Under the pieces are notes generated by a model. It was not told the origin of the DNA, searched no databases, and saw only the letters and a list, made by a program, of their open reading frames with translations. Position numbers and translations under genes: made by a program. A stretch of 33,967 bases of DNA from a bacterium (GTDB lineage Bacteria > SZUA-182 > DTGQ01), in the NCBI GenBank assembly GCA_040752695.1, contig JBFMGO010000060.1, positions 1-33,967 of the forward strand, written 5' to 3'. This document shows positions 1-9,912 of the stretch, piece by piece (within the stretch, counting starts at the first letter, position 1; each line of letters starts with the position of its first letter).

Positions 1-273
1 GTGGTTATCGGGGTCCCCGACGATCTTTTGGGCCAGGCCATCAAAGCCTTTATTCTGCCTGGCCATGGGAGAACCCTTTTAGAAAAACAGGTCATCGGCC
101 ACTGTATGGATAGATTAGAATTTTTCATGGTGCCGAAATATGTAGAGTTCTTGAGTCAATTTCCAAGAACCAGCACAGGAAAAGTCGATCGAAAAAAACT
201 AGCTATGAACCAGATGAAAGATGAAGAAGATAGGAGAGATTATGAGCAGCACTCTATCGCCGAAGGGCATTGA
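1..273 (+). CDS. AMP-binding (ANL family) acyl-CoA/adenylating ligase, C-terminal fragment cut by the window edge
   Basis: VIGVPDDLLGQAIKAFI and the A10-type motif PRTSTGKVDR are typical of the AMP-binding C-terminal domain. Confidence 0.85.
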   Translation: MVIGVPDDLLGQAIKAFILPGHGRTLLEKQVIGHCMDRLEFFMVPKYVEFLSQFPRTSTGKVDRKKLAMNQMKDEEDRRDYEQHSIAEGH

Positions 274-1297
274 AAAAGATGCTGAGCATTTTACCCCGGA
301 TGTATTGCAGATCGATCCGGAAGTTGAAACAAACCACCTCTGCACCTTTATCCGAGATCAGGTCGTAAACAGATTCAAGCGCCAGGGTGCGGTCATCGGC
401 CTTTCTGGGGGCGTAGACTCAGCGGTTATATCGGAACTGCTCGTCCGGGCACTTGGCCCTGACCGGGTCTTAGGGCTTATCCTTCCGGAAAAGGAATCGA
501 ATCAAATCAGCGAAATCTATGCCCGAAAACAGGCAGGAAAATTGGGCATTGCCGTTCAAAAGGTGGATATTACCGAGCAGCTCAAAGCTTTTGGCGTGTA
601 TGAAAAGAGGGACGCGGTTATCAGATCGATCTTTCCGGAATTCGACGATTCCACGCATACCTTCAACATCTGCCTGCCGCAGAATATTCTCCAGAAGGAC
701 AGGATCAACTACCATTCCATAACTATTGTTGATGAAAATCATAACCGGAAGACCGCCCGGCTGTTACCCAAAGACTGGATGGCCATCTCCGCCTGCCAGA
801 ACATCAAGCAAAGGACCAGAATGATTAACCTTTATGCTTTGGCTGAGCGAAATAACTACCTGGTCTGCGGAACTACCAATAAGTCCGAGGCAGATCAGGG
901 GTTTTTTGTCAAATGTGGAGATGGTGGAGTCGATATCGAGCCGATAGCACATCTTTACAAAACGCAGGTTTTCCAATTAGCCCGGTATTTAGGAGTAATC
1001 GGGGAGATTATCAACCGAACCCCAAGCCCTGATACCTACAGCCTGCCGGTGAGTGACCAGGAATTTTATTTTTGTCTTCCGTATCAAGTGCTGGATCTGG
1101 CCTTATATGCCTATGAACACCAGATTCAAAGTGCCAGGGCCGCCGAGGTTCTGTCCATTTCCGAAGAGCAGCTTGCCCGGATCTACAAAGACATTCAGGC
1201 CAAGGCCAGGGCCACCTGGCACCTGCGGGCACTTCCTCCATCTCCCGATCAGACATTCCTTGAACAGTTATCGATGGATCAGGCACCGATGGACTAA
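242..1297 (+). CDS. nadE: NH3-dependent NAD+ synthetase-like protein (NadE family, probably a cluster-associated paralog)
   Basis: GLSGGVDS PP-loop; NIKQRTRM, GTTNKSE, GFFVKCGDG and PIAHLYKTQV motifs. The start is moved from 221 to ATG 242, which follows AGGAGA. Confidence 0.8.
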   Translation: MSSTLSPKGIEKDAEHFTPDVLQIDPEVETNHLCTFIRDQVVNRFKRQGAVIGLSGGVDSAVISELLVRALGPDRVLGLILPEKESNQISEIYARKQAGKLGIAVQKVDITEQLKAFGVYEKRDAVIRSIFPEFDDSTHTFNICLPQNILQKDRINYHSITIVDENHNRKTARLLPKDWMAISACQNIKQRTRMINLYALAERNNYLVCGTTNKSEADQGFFVKCGDGGVDIEPIAHLYKTQVFQLARYLGVIGEIINRTPSPDTYSLPVSDQEFYFCLPYQVLDLALYAYEHQIQSARAAEVLSISEEQLARIYKDIQAKARATWHLRALPPSPDQTFLEQLSMDQAPMD

Positions 1298-1343
1298 GCT
1301 TTACCTGCTCTTAAAAATGGCAAAACCATAAAGCCTCCCGTTA

Positions 1344-1385
1344 CGGGTTGGCAGGGAAAGGCTAAAGCCCATCCCTGCCAATCCG
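1344..1385. terminator. Intergenic stem-loop (terminator-like or REP-like)
   Basis: cgggttggcaggga (1344-1357) pairs with tccctgccaatccg (1372-1385): 14 bp including one G-U pair. No clean U-tract follows. Confidence 0.5.
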
Positions 1386-1432
1386 CACCTGATAATTTAA
1401 CCTGATTCAATAAACTCTCATAAGGATCATCT

Positions 1433-2437
1433 ATGCACTATTGTACCCGGTGTGTTCTCCCCTCCACCTTTCCTGGTATTACCTTCAGTGATCAAGGCGT
1501 TTGCAATCACTGCCTGAACTATCAGCCATCGTTAAGCAGCCGGCAGAAGGAAGAATACCTGGCCAAATTCGTCAGCCTGATCAAAGAATGCCAGAACAGG
1601 GGCTCCCATGATGTTCTGGTAAGCTACAGCGGCGGCAAGGATTCAAGCTTTACCCTCGATCTTTTCAAAAACACCTTTGGCCTGCGGGTTCTGGCTTTCA
1701 CGCTTGACAATGGCTTTGTGTCAAAGCTGGCCCTTCAAAACATGGCCAGAGTAACCGAAGCGCTGTGCATTGACCACATCCTGGTCAAGCCGCGGTTCGA
1801 TTTGCTTAAAAAGATATTCGCCGCAGCAGCAACTAATGAAGACCTGTATGCCAGAAAGACCCTGGAGCGGGCCAGCCCTATCTGCACGGCCTGCATCAGC
1901 TTTGTCAAGTTCATCGGACTGCGGCTGGCCATCGAAAACCAGATCCCCTTTGCAGGCTTTGGCTGGTCCCCCGGCCAGGCCCCTGTTCAATCATCAGTGA
2001 TGAAGGTTAACCCAGGGCTTGTGAAAATGACCCAGAAAACCCTTCTGGCACCCCTGACCACAATCGTCAAGGCGCAAGAGCTTGAGCCATACTTTCTGAC
2101 TGACAGGCACTTTGCCCTGATGCAGCAAGAGCATTCCCTCTGGAATATCCATCCGTTGGCCTTTTTGGATTACAGCGAAGAGAAGATTTTTCGCAGGATA
2201 GAAGCCCTCGGGTGGCAAAAACCAGACGATACAGGAGCACACTCCACCAATTGCCTGTTAAATCCCCTGGCCATCGAGTCCCACAAGGAAAAATATCGAT
2301 TTCATCCTTATGCCTGGGAAATAGCCGGTATCGTGCGAGATGGCGCAATGTCCAGGACCGAGGGGCTTGAGAGAATTATCACAAAGGAGCCATCCGAAAT
2401 GGTTGATTATGCCAGGCAGCGATTGGAACTGGCCTGA
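1433..2437 (+). CDS. PP-loop N-acetyl sugar amidotransferase-like protein (WbpG/PseA-like)
   Basis: N-terminal CTRC...GVCNHC, SYSGGKDS PP-loop, CTAC and HSTNC motifs; polysaccharide context. Confidence 0.7.
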   Translation: MHYCTRCVLPSTFPGITFSDQGVCNHCLNYQPSLSSRQKEEYLAKFVSLIKECQNRGSHDVLVSYSGGKDSSFTLDLFKNTFGLRVLAFTLDNGFVSKLALQNMARVTEALCIDHILVKPRFDLLKKIFAAAATNEDLYARKTLERASPICTACISFVKFIGLRLAIENQIPFAGFGWSPGQAPVQSSVMKVNPGLVKMTQKTLLAPLTTIVKAQELEPYFLTDRHFALMQQEHSLWNIHPLAFLDYSEEKIFRRIEALGWQKPDDTGAHSTNCLLNPLAIESHKEKYRFHPYAWEIAGIVRDGAMSRTEGLERIITKEPSEMVDYARQRLELA

Positions 2438-2470
2438 GTACTTCAATAGACCTCCCCGTTTGTATCCTTA

Positions 2471-2616
2471 GTACACTACGCGGGAATTACGCGTCCGGTT
2501 AGCGGATGCTTTTACGAAAGAGTCCGCCCAGATGTCATTCCCGCTTTCGCGGGAATGACAAATATGTGCTGCATAGATAATAACCTATCTGGTTGCGTAT
2601 TTACCGCGGTCTGTAC
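2471..2616. mobile_element. MITE-like element (146 bp) with imperfect terminal inverted repeats and a central hairpin
   Basis: Ends GTACA...TGTAC with ~28-bp imperfect inverted repeats. TTA flanks both sides (2468-2470, 2617-2619). Perfect 12-bp hairpin tgtcattcccgc-tttc-gcgggaatgaca at 2533-2560. Confidence 0.55.
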
Positions 2617-2675
2617 TTAGAACGATTTTTCACCCTATACTCATCATCTCTTTTTTTTGAAAGGTTAATAAGAGT

Positions 2676-3710
2676 ATGAAAACAGGAGCCGATAATTCAT
2701 TCGCTCATTTTAAAAAAGGCGAGTACAGCGATGTGCTCACCTATCCGCACTTTTTTATTGTGGGAACTCAAAGGTCTGGAACAACCCTGCTCAGGCTCAT
2801 TCTCAACAGCCACTCCTCAATAGCTGTACCGGAAGAAGCGGCGTTTTTCATGCCGCTGTTTAACTGGAAGAAGATCCTGGATCCACGGCCATTGCCGCTG
2901 CCTGTCAGGCAGAATCTCTTGAATTATTTAATCAATAACTATCAATTTGCAAAATGGAAACTGGATGAGTCTTTGCTTCAGCCAATTCTTGAAAATGACT
3001 TCTCGTACAAACAGGTAGTAGGATTTACCTACAAAACCTTCGCTCAAAAATACGGCAAATCGATATGTGGCGATAAATCCCCGGCTTTCATTCGAAAACT
3101 CAAAATCCTTTCAGAAGCATACCCGAATGCCAAATTTATTCACATCGTTAGAGATGGAAGAGATATCTACTTGAGTTTCAAGAAAAAAAATCATCCGGCA
3201 GCATCATCTGTGCCCGGCTCGGCACTTGAATGGAATGTCAAGCTGTCTTTGATTTCCCGGGGGCTCGAAGCTCAAAGGGATTCAGTGATTGAAGTCAGAT
3301 ATGAAGATCTGCTTCAAAATCCTTTACAGGTGATAAAAAGGATATGCACATTCCTGGGGATCACCTTTGAAAACGAAATGCTGGAATACTGGAAAAGGAG
3401 TAGCGAGTTCATCGATCAGCAGCATTCCGATCTTATATTTAAACCGATTCAAGCTTCCAATACGAGCAGGTGGAAAACTCTCATGAGTCAAACTGAATTG
3501 GCTCAGTATGAGTTTTTCGCTAAAAAAAAGCTCAAAGAATATGGATATCCTCTTTCAGAGGGAAATGCGAATTTTACAGAAAAGTTTATCCTTCTCTCCA
3601 GTGTTCTTTCCTATCTCCCTAAAAGACTCTGTAGAATTACGCGGATTGCCCTTCGCATGCGAATAGCCAGCAGGCTCGGAACCGCGGTTTCTGCAGAGTA
3701 TTATGAATGA
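2676..3710 (+). CDS. Sulfotransferase (PAPS-dependent)
   Basis: 5'-PSB motif IVGTQRSGTTLL, GDKSP, 3'-PB motif HIVRDGRD and VRYEDL. Confidence 0.9.
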   Translation: MKTGADNSFAHFKKGEYSDVLTYPHFFIVGTQRSGTTLLRLILNSHSSIAVPEEAAFFMPLFNWKKILDPRPLPLPVRQNLLNYLINNYQFAKWKLDESLLQPILENDFSYKQVVGFTYKTFAQKYGKSICGDKSPAFIRKLKILSEAYPNAKFIHIVRDGRDIYLSFKKKNHPAASSVPGSALEWNVKLSLISRGLEAQRDSVIEVRYEDLLQNPLQVIKRICTFLGITFENEMLEYWKRSSEFIDQQHSDLIFKPIQASNTSRWKTLMSQTELAQYEFFAKKKLKEYGYPLSEGNANFTEKFILLSSVLSYLPKRLCRITRIALRMRIASRLGTAVSAEYYE

Positions 3711-3740
3711 CGTCATTTAACAGGGGCAAAAGAGGTATCC

Positions 3741-5330
3741 ATGTATAAGCTTCCTCCAGACATCCATGATCAGTCAGGCAGCAAAGATCAGTCCGAAGGC
3801 ACCCACTTTTCCGAGGTATCAAAGATTGTCAAGGGAGGAGGCATCAGTTTAATCGGTTCCCTGGGAGCCAAAGGCATGCTGTTCCTCCTTGCTCTTTTTA
3901 TCGCCAAGGCGTTAGGCCCGAGCGATATCGGCCTCTATTTTTTAGGTATCACGATCTGCGAAGTATTAACACTCGTATCCATTATGGGACTTCCCAACGG
4001 AATAACCCGATATGTTGCTATTTATAACGAACGAAACGATATACAAAGGATGAAAGGCACTGTTTTAGGTGCGGCCCTTTGCAGTCTTCTCGTTAGCCTG
4101 TTGAGCGGTGCACTCCTCTTTCTCTCCGCTGATCTTATCTCTTCTTTGCTCCATAAACCGGCCTTGGCCCCTATCCTGAAGTTATTTGCTGTATCAATCC
4201 CTTTCGAGTGTCTGATGAAAATATTCACCGCCTCGACGAGGGGGCTCAAGATCATGGAGCACACCGCCGCTATCGAGCAAATTTCCTGGATTGGCCTGAG
4301 ACTTGGATTGGCACTGCTATTTTTCTATGGAATGAATACAGGTCTTGGTGGAGTAATCCTGGCCTACGTTATAGCATCTTTCATTTGCGCGAGTCTGGCT
4401 TTCTATTATGCCAATAGATGGATACCGTTAATCAATACACAAATACCTGCTGTTTTCGAGGCCAGGAAGTTACTGAAGTTTTCTCTACCCATGCTGTTAT
4501 CTACATTAATACATGACATCATGATGAAGGAAGACGTCGTGATGTTAGGCTATTTTGTCAGTGCTGCGGAGGTGGGAATTTACAGTGTTGCCGTAAAGGT
4601 TCTCAACCTGGCCGAAGTCATTTTTCAAACCTTCAGGCCCATATTCAATCCTATGGTGGCTGAACTCCAAGAAAAAAAGGAACTGACCAGGCTCGGACAC
4701 CTTCTTAAGTTAATAACACGATGGGATGTCATTGTCAGTTGCCCTCTTTTTTTAAGCCTATTTCTGTTCCCTGAATTTTTCCTCAGTATTTTTGGCAAAG
4801 GATTCATAGGAGGCTCCGTCTGCCTCCGTATTCTTATTGCTGCCAGTGTGTTCAATGCCATATCGAGCTATCCGGACTCGATCATTTTCATGTCCGGGAG
4901 GTCAGAAATAACCCTGATGAACGGTTTTATTGCCCTGATTACCAATTTTATCATTAACTACCTGCTCATACCATCCCAGGGGATAAAAGGGGCAGCCTTG
5001 GCAACGGCAGCCGCTTTATTGATAGTAGCACTGCTGAGAATACTAATTTTATTCCGGATGATGAAAATTCAACCCCTAAGCACATCCCTCTGGAAACCGT
5101 TGATGGCAGGATCTACTTCGTTTTTCATAACTTATCTTATGCATCGACTTACGATGAGTAATGCTTTTCATATTAATTACACTGATTACCGTAACATAAT
5201 CGTCCTGTTCTTACTATCTTTCTTTATGGTGTCATATTCCTCTTTGATATACCTTTTCAAATTCAATAAAGAGGAAATCTACATCAAGGAAAAGATAAAG
5301 AAAAAGATTCTTATTTTGATTAACAGCTAA
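3741..5330 (+). CDS. wzx: Wzx-type polysaccharide flippase
   Basis: Many hydrophobic segments; ALGPSDIGLY, LLKFSLPM, EVGIYSVA and LIPSQGIKGAALAT are typical of Wzx/MOP exporters. Confidence 0.88.
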   Translation: MYKLPPDIHDQSGSKDQSEGTHFSEVSKIVKGGGISLIGSLGAKGMLFLLALFIAKALGPSDIGLYFLGITICEVLTLVSIMGLPNGITRYVAIYNERNDIQRMKGTVLGAALCSLLVSLLSGALLFLSADLISSLLHKPALAPILKLFAVSIPFECLMKIFTASTRGLKIMEHTAAIEQISWIGLRLGLALLFFYGMNTGLGGVILAYVIASFICASLAFYYANRWIPLINTQIPAVFEARKLLKFSLPMLLSTLIHDIMMKEDVVMLGYFVSAAEVGIYSVAVKVLNLAEVIFQTFRPIFNPMVAELQEKKELTRLGHLLKLITRWDVIVSCPLFLSLFLFPEFFLSIFGKGFIGGSVCLRILIAASVFNAISSYPDSIIFMSGRSEITLMNGFIALITNFIINYLLIPSQGIKGAALATAAALLIVALLRILILFRMMKIQPLSTSLWKPLMAGSTSFFITYLMHRLTMSNAFHINYTDYRNIIVLFLLSFFMVSYSSLIYLFKFNKEEIYIKEKIKKKILILINS

Positions 5331-5347
5331 AAATGATCAGATAAATT

Positions 5348-6745
5348 ATGACCATTGATTTAGTAAATAGCCTTTTTTTTGTTAATATTATTTTTATTGG
5401 TTTTATTGGATTCGTTCTCCTTTTAAAATTCTGGGAATGGCTTCCCGTAATTCTCCTGCCCCTGATATGGTACCTGCCGTCATGGACATCGCCGGGCGGA
5501 CCGCTGGTGCATATTCGAATAATCAGGTGGTTCATGATTCTGATTATTCCTTTTCTGTATATCATTCAATTGGGAAGGAATATTAAATTCAGACAGCGTT
5601 TGGAGTTGACAATCATTGCCCGGCCTTTGCTTGCTCTTTCCTTCGTTGCAGTACTATCTGCCATGCTGAACGCCAGTGGGTTCATCAACATGTTGGGGTA
5701 TTTAGCCCTTTTCTTACAATACCCTTTATTTTTTGTTATATTAATGAATATCGAGTTATCAGATACTGTCGTTGTCTGGTTTATCAAGCTTTTTCTTTTC
5801 CTTACTTTCATCCAGGTCCCTGAAATAATTTTCCGGTATCTCACCATGGGCATAGTTGGAGATACGGTTTCTCTAACTCTCGGCATTTATGGACATTACA
5901 ATATAGGCATCTTTTCTCTCTATACCATAGCCCTGATTACTGCCCATTCCCTTACCGCAGGATTCAGCCCCTTATATATTATGGCCTGTCTGCTTCTTCT
6001 GCTTTGCTCCCTTATCGGTGAAATTAAAATTGTCGTTATCTCAGCGCCAGTTATTATTATCGTTATAGTTTTTCTCTTTTTGAATAAACAACTTTCTCAA
6101 GACCTTGATATAAGCAGATATGTGAATAAATTTATCATTGGCCTGCTGAGCATTGCTCTCCTTCTGCCCATTTATACCAGTTGGGGGAAGGTTCAATCAG
6201 GCCAGAGAAACAGCTTGGGCCGGTTCTTTGATAACATTTATGGTGTCATTTCAGGGACCAAACAATTTACAAGGAAACAGATTTACGACATTAACAGAAT
6301 CGGCGTATTTGTAGAAGTTTGGGACGTATTGAAAAATAACTCGATAAGGCTGCTGTTCGGGTATGGCCCTGGAAGTACTTTTGCCGGTAACTTTTTTGGT
6401 ACCCCCGGCCGTTTTTTTGCCGGAGTGATGAAACTGAAAGCAGCAGGGGGAAAAATGCTGCCTCAGATTCCCGCTACCTTGGGTGATGTTGGTTTCATCG
6501 GTTTACTTGTTTACTTCTGGATTTATGCCCTGCTTTTTAAATGTCTGGTATCGAGTTATTTACATGCCAAGGACAGATTTTACGAGATATTAATCCTCGG
6601 CTCATTCGGGATCTGGGTATTTTATGTAATATTGGGGCCTATTTATAACATAGTCTGGCGATCCGAAATGGCCTCATACCTTTTTTATTTCTTTATGGCT
6701 GTCGCCTGCAGGCAAAAAGCCCGTAGTGACGACGCCCAAGGATAA
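5348..6745 (+). CDS. Polytopic membrane protein, probable Wzy polymerase
   Basis: About 10-12 TM segments with a large loop near the C-terminus (LLFGYGPG...GDVGFIG); lies between the flippase and a GT. Confidence 0.65.
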   Translation: MTIDLVNSLFFVNIIFIGFIGFVLLLKFWEWLPVILLPLIWYLPSWTSPGGPLVHIRIIRWFMILIIPFLYIIQLGRNIKFRQRLELTIIARPLLALSFVAVLSAMLNASGFINMLGYLALFLQYPLFFVILMNIELSDTVVVWFIKLFLFLTFIQVPEIIFRYLTMGIVGDTVSLTLGIYGHYNIGIFSLYTIALITAHSLTAGFSPLYIMACLLLLLCSLIGEIKIVVISAPVIIIVIVFLFLNKQLSQDLDISRYVNKFIIGLLSIALLLPIYTSWGKVQSGQRNSLGRFFDNIYGVISGTKQFTRKQIYDINRIGVFVEVWDVLKNNSIRLLFGYGPGSTFAGNFFGTPGRFFAGVMKLKAAGGKMLPQIPATLGDVGFIGLLVYFWIYALLFKCLVSSYLHAKDRFYEILILGSFGIWVFYVILGPIYNIVWRSEMASYLFYFFMAVACRQKARSDDAQG

Positions 6746-6758
6746 GCTGGAGTTTTTC

Positions 6759-8075
6759 ATGAAAATATTATTTGCCAACACCAGGCATTTTCCAGGTGGA
6801 GGAGACAGTACCTACACCTTTAATCTTGCCCGCCTGCTCACAAAAATGGGTCATGAAGCAGCATTTTTTGCCATGCAGGATCCGAGGAATATTCCAGATG
6901 CTAACAGTGACCTTTTTGTCAGCTACATCGATTTCAAAGAACTGAACAGGAAAAAAAGCCTCTACAATGGCCTGAATACCTTAAGTCGGGCCATTTACTC
7001 TCGTGAAGCCAGAAAAAATTTTAGCCAAATCCTTGATCGCACAAAGCCGGATATCGTGCATCTGCATGGTATTCATGCCCATATCACACCTTCAATCATT
7101 TTCGAGGCGAAAAAGCGCAACCTGCCGGTTATATGGACCCTTCACGACTATAAAATGGTTTGTCCGAATACACATTTCCGCATAGATGCGACCAATGAGA
7201 TATGTGAAGCCTGCGGGAAAGGGGCTTTTTGGCATGCCATATTAAAGAGGTGCAAAAAAAATTCTCTCCTGGCCAGCAGTATGGCTGCTGTGGAAGCCTA
7301 CATCCATATCCTCATGGGTGTATGGAATAGAGTCGATTTCTTCCTTTCACCCAGTGCTTTTCTCAAAGATAAACTGGTGGAACACGGATTGCCAGCATCA
7401 AAAATAGTACATTTGCCTCTGTTTTTGCCAAAGGAGCTATTTTATTATGAGAACTGTGATGAGGGATATCTATTGTTTATGGGCAGACTCGATCCGATAA
7501 AAGGAATTTACCCCCTGCTTAAGGCCTGTCACCTTGCGTCAGAGGCCCGTCTCATCCTGGCAGGGCGGGTTGAAGAACCGATCTCCTCCCAATTACCGGA
7601 GCTGCTGCCACCGAACGCTCACTATGTGGGGATGAAACAGGGGGATGAACTTCGCCATCTTCTGGTAAGATCCAGGGCAGTCATTCTTCCTTCTCTATGG
7701 TACGAAAATCAGCCTTTTAGCCTCACTGAAGCCTTTGCAGCCGGCAAAGCAGTTATTGCCACTAACCTGGGAGGAATGATCGAGTTAGTTACGCGCAGCC
7801 AGGGCGGGCTTTTAGTTCCACCTGCTGATATCGAAGCCTTAGCCAAAGCCATCCAATGGATGAGCTCACATCCAAAGGAGGCTCATCAAATGGGAACAGA
7901 AGCTCGAAAATATGCCAGCCGTGTCCATTCAGCAGAGGTACACTATCAGGAATTAATGGAAATATACGAGCTTGCCATCAAGGAAAATAAGGGTAATACG
8001 TCTTCCATGAAGATCAGAGCCACCAGGGACATTGACGCGACAATGTCCTGCAATGACACACCTATGAACCTGTAA
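6759..8075 (+). CDS. Glycosyltransferase family 4
   Basis: MKILFAN start after GGAG; WTLHDY, FMGRLDPIKG and PSLWYENQPFSLTEA (ExxxxxxxE motif). Confidence 0.9.
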   Translation: MKILFANTRHFPGGGDSTYTFNLARLLTKMGHEAAFFAMQDPRNIPDANSDLFVSYIDFKELNRKKSLYNGLNTLSRAIYSREARKNFSQILDRTKPDIVHLHGIHAHITPSIIFEAKKRNLPVIWTLHDYKMVCPNTHFRIDATNEICEACGKGAFWHAILKRCKKNSLLASSMAAVEAYIHILMGVWNRVDFFLSPSAFLKDKLVEHGLPASKIVHLPLFLPKELFYYENCDEGYLLFMGRLDPIKGIYPLLKACHLASEARLILAGRVEEPISSQLPELLPPNAHYVGMKQGDELRHLLVRSRAVILPSLWYENQPFSLTEAFAAGKAVIATNLGGMIELVTRSQGGLLVPPADIEALAKAIQWMSSHPKEAHQMGTEARKYASRVHSAEVHYQELMEIYELAIKENKGNTSSMKIRATRDIDATMSCNDTPMNL

Positions 8076-8086
8076 GGAGAAGAACT

Positions 8087-9319
8087 ATGCCGAGGTCAGC
8101 ATTGCCGCAAAATTACGCAGTGCAGGATGGAATTTTATTCGAGGATTTTGAAAGTCTCGCTCCTTGGCCGAAAATATCCGGCAATGGAAATATAGAGGCC
8201 AACACTTCTCAGTTTCGCACTGGAACACAGTCAATGAAAATGAGTGTAACTACTCCCGGTTCTTTTCTTCTCACCAGAAAAACTTTTCCACCCCTCCTTG
8301 ATCTTAGCAGCGTCAATAAACTTATGCATTTTTGGTTTTATCTCCATACCAACCCTACAACGACTATCCATCATATTTCGGCCACATTTTACAATTACTT
8401 TGAAGGCGTTCCCAGCAGGTATTTTTCTCTGAACTGGTGGCCTGAAAAAATACGATCCGGGTGGAATCATGCAGTAATACATCGGGATGACTGGGCGCTG
8501 ACCGGAAATCCTGCGCCTGACTGGAACTCAATTTACGTGTTCGAATTCAAAGTAATTGCCGCCGCTGGCCAGACCGCAAGCGTTTCTTTCGACGAAGTCC
8601 GCCATTCGATGGAGCAACTTCCCCGCTGTGTTATCGCCTTTGATGACGCCTGCGAAACAGTCTACACCGAAGGGTATGCTTACATGCATCCAAGGGGGGT
8701 GCGAGGCACCATATACGTTGCTCCAGCTTTAATTGGTACGGCAGGGTACTGCACTTTAGCCCATCTGGAGGAAATGTATTCAAATGGCTGGGCTCTTGCC
8801 AATCACTCGTATACTCATCCAGGATTTCCATATTATCTGACCGGCTTGACCCGGAGTCAAATTGAAAGCGAGCTCAGCCGGTGTTCCCAGTGGCTCAATG
8901 ATCATGGATTTACCCGGGCTGCGCATCACCTGGCCTATCCTGGCGGGTATTTTAATGATGATGTTTTTGCTGCTCTTGATTCTACCGGCATGTATACGGG
9001 ACGGTCAACCTTGCGTTTTCTCCAGACCGTACCTGTTGACAACTACAAGATTCTGGGGAGCCAGACCCTTGATAATACGCTGTCTCTAGCCGCAGCAAAA
9101 TCGTTATGGATCGATGCTGCTCTTAAGCGCCAAAGTTCGGCATTTTTACATGGACACATCCTCGATGCTGTTGCTGGACCGAATACCTGGGCCATTGCCG
9201 ATTTCAGGGCTTTGATCGATTATATTACAGCCTGCGGCATCAAGTGTGTGACCATCGACGAGTGGTACAATGGGCTGACCAATCCGCGGTATAGATCACT
9301 GTCGTTAAACAAAGGATAA
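8087..9319 (+). CDS. Polysaccharide deacetylase (CE4/NodB) with an N-terminal carbohydrate-binding-like beta domain
   Basis: IAFDDA, NHSYTHP and AYPGG motifs in the C-terminal half; aromatic-rich beta-type N-terminal half; RBS AAGGAG. Confidence 0.8.
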   Translation: MPRSALPQNYAVQDGILFEDFESLAPWPKISGNGNIEANTSQFRTGTQSMKMSVTTPGSFLLTRKTFPPLLDLSSVNKLMHFWFYLHTNPTTTIHHISATFYNYFEGVPSRYFSLNWWPEKIRSGWNHAVIHRDDWALTGNPAPDWNSIYVFEFKVIAAAGQTASVSFDEVRHSMEQLPRCVIAFDDACETVYTEGYAYMHPRGVRGTIYVAPALIGTAGYCTLAHLEEMYSNGWALANHSYTHPGFPYYLTGLTRSQIESELSRCSQWLNDHGFTRAAHHLAYPGGYFNDDVFAALDSTGMYTGRSTLRFLQTVPVDNYKILGSQTLDNTLSLAAAKSLWIDAALKRQSSAFLHGHILDAVAGPNTWAIADFRALIDYITACGIKCVTIDEWYNGLTNPRYRSLSLNKG

Positions 9320-9347
9320 CAACAGCAGTAAGAAAAAGGAGGACTCT

Positions 9348-9440
9348 ATGTCTTCAGTGAATTCATGGATAATAAAAATGAATGCAGGAGCATCAGAAGA
9401 TGTGGTCAAAAGGGCTGATGCTGCGGTATGGGAGGGATAA
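9348..9440 (+). CDS. Putative 30-aa small ORF (not in the ORF track): MSSVNSWIIKMNAGASEDVVKRADAAVWEG
   Basis: Strong SD AAGGAGG just upstream of ATG 9348; the ORF fills the gap exactly and its last codons contain the SD for ATG 9445. Confidence 0.5.
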   Translation: MSSVNSWIIKMNAGASEDVVKRADAAVWEG

Positions 9441-9444
9441 ATCT

Positions 9445-9912
9445 ATGGGTGTTACAAGTCGTGTATCTATCGATGAAGTCAACATTAGCGATACTACACC
9501 GTTACCGGCCAATCTGGTTACGACACTATCTTCAGAATACGACACTATCGATATCAGCAAAATGTCAAAAGGCGGGGTAGTGGTTGCTCACGATGCCATC
9601 GCAGCTACGGCTACCAGTTCTGAGATCGATTGCCGGGGATTTAATACGATCTCGGTTGAATGTACAGTATCGAACATCTCTTCTGGTAACTGGGTCATCG
9701 AGATTTTAGGTGTCGCCATGTCCGGCGGGACATTTGGAAATTGCTATGCTCCAAAGGATGACGGCACGTTTGTTCAACAAAAAACCCCAACACTCACTGC
9801 GAACGGTAATACGACCTACTACTTTCGCGGCATCCCCAATTACGTGAAAATAAAGGCTATAAGAACGACTGACGGGACGCTCACCTGCAAGGTGACTCCC
9901 ATGAACCTGTAG
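9445..9912 (+). CDS. Hypothetical Thr/Ser-rich beta protein
   Basis: In-frame ATG 9445 preceded by GGAGGGA is preferred to 9382. No recognisable catalytic motif. Confidence 0.6.
   Translation: MGVTSRVSIDEVNISDTTPLPANLVTTLSSEYDTIDISKMSKGGVVVAHDAIAATATSSEIDCRGFNTISVECTVSNISSGNWVIEILGVAMSGGTFGNCYAPKDDGTFVQQKTPTLTANGNTTYYFRGIPNYVKIKAIRTTDGTLTCKVTPMNL

Noticed and set aside
3183..5380. A8/T8 homopolymers in the sulfotransferase and wzy-like genes as phase-variation tracts
   Set aside because: They are short, expected in AT-rich genes, and both reading frames are intact.
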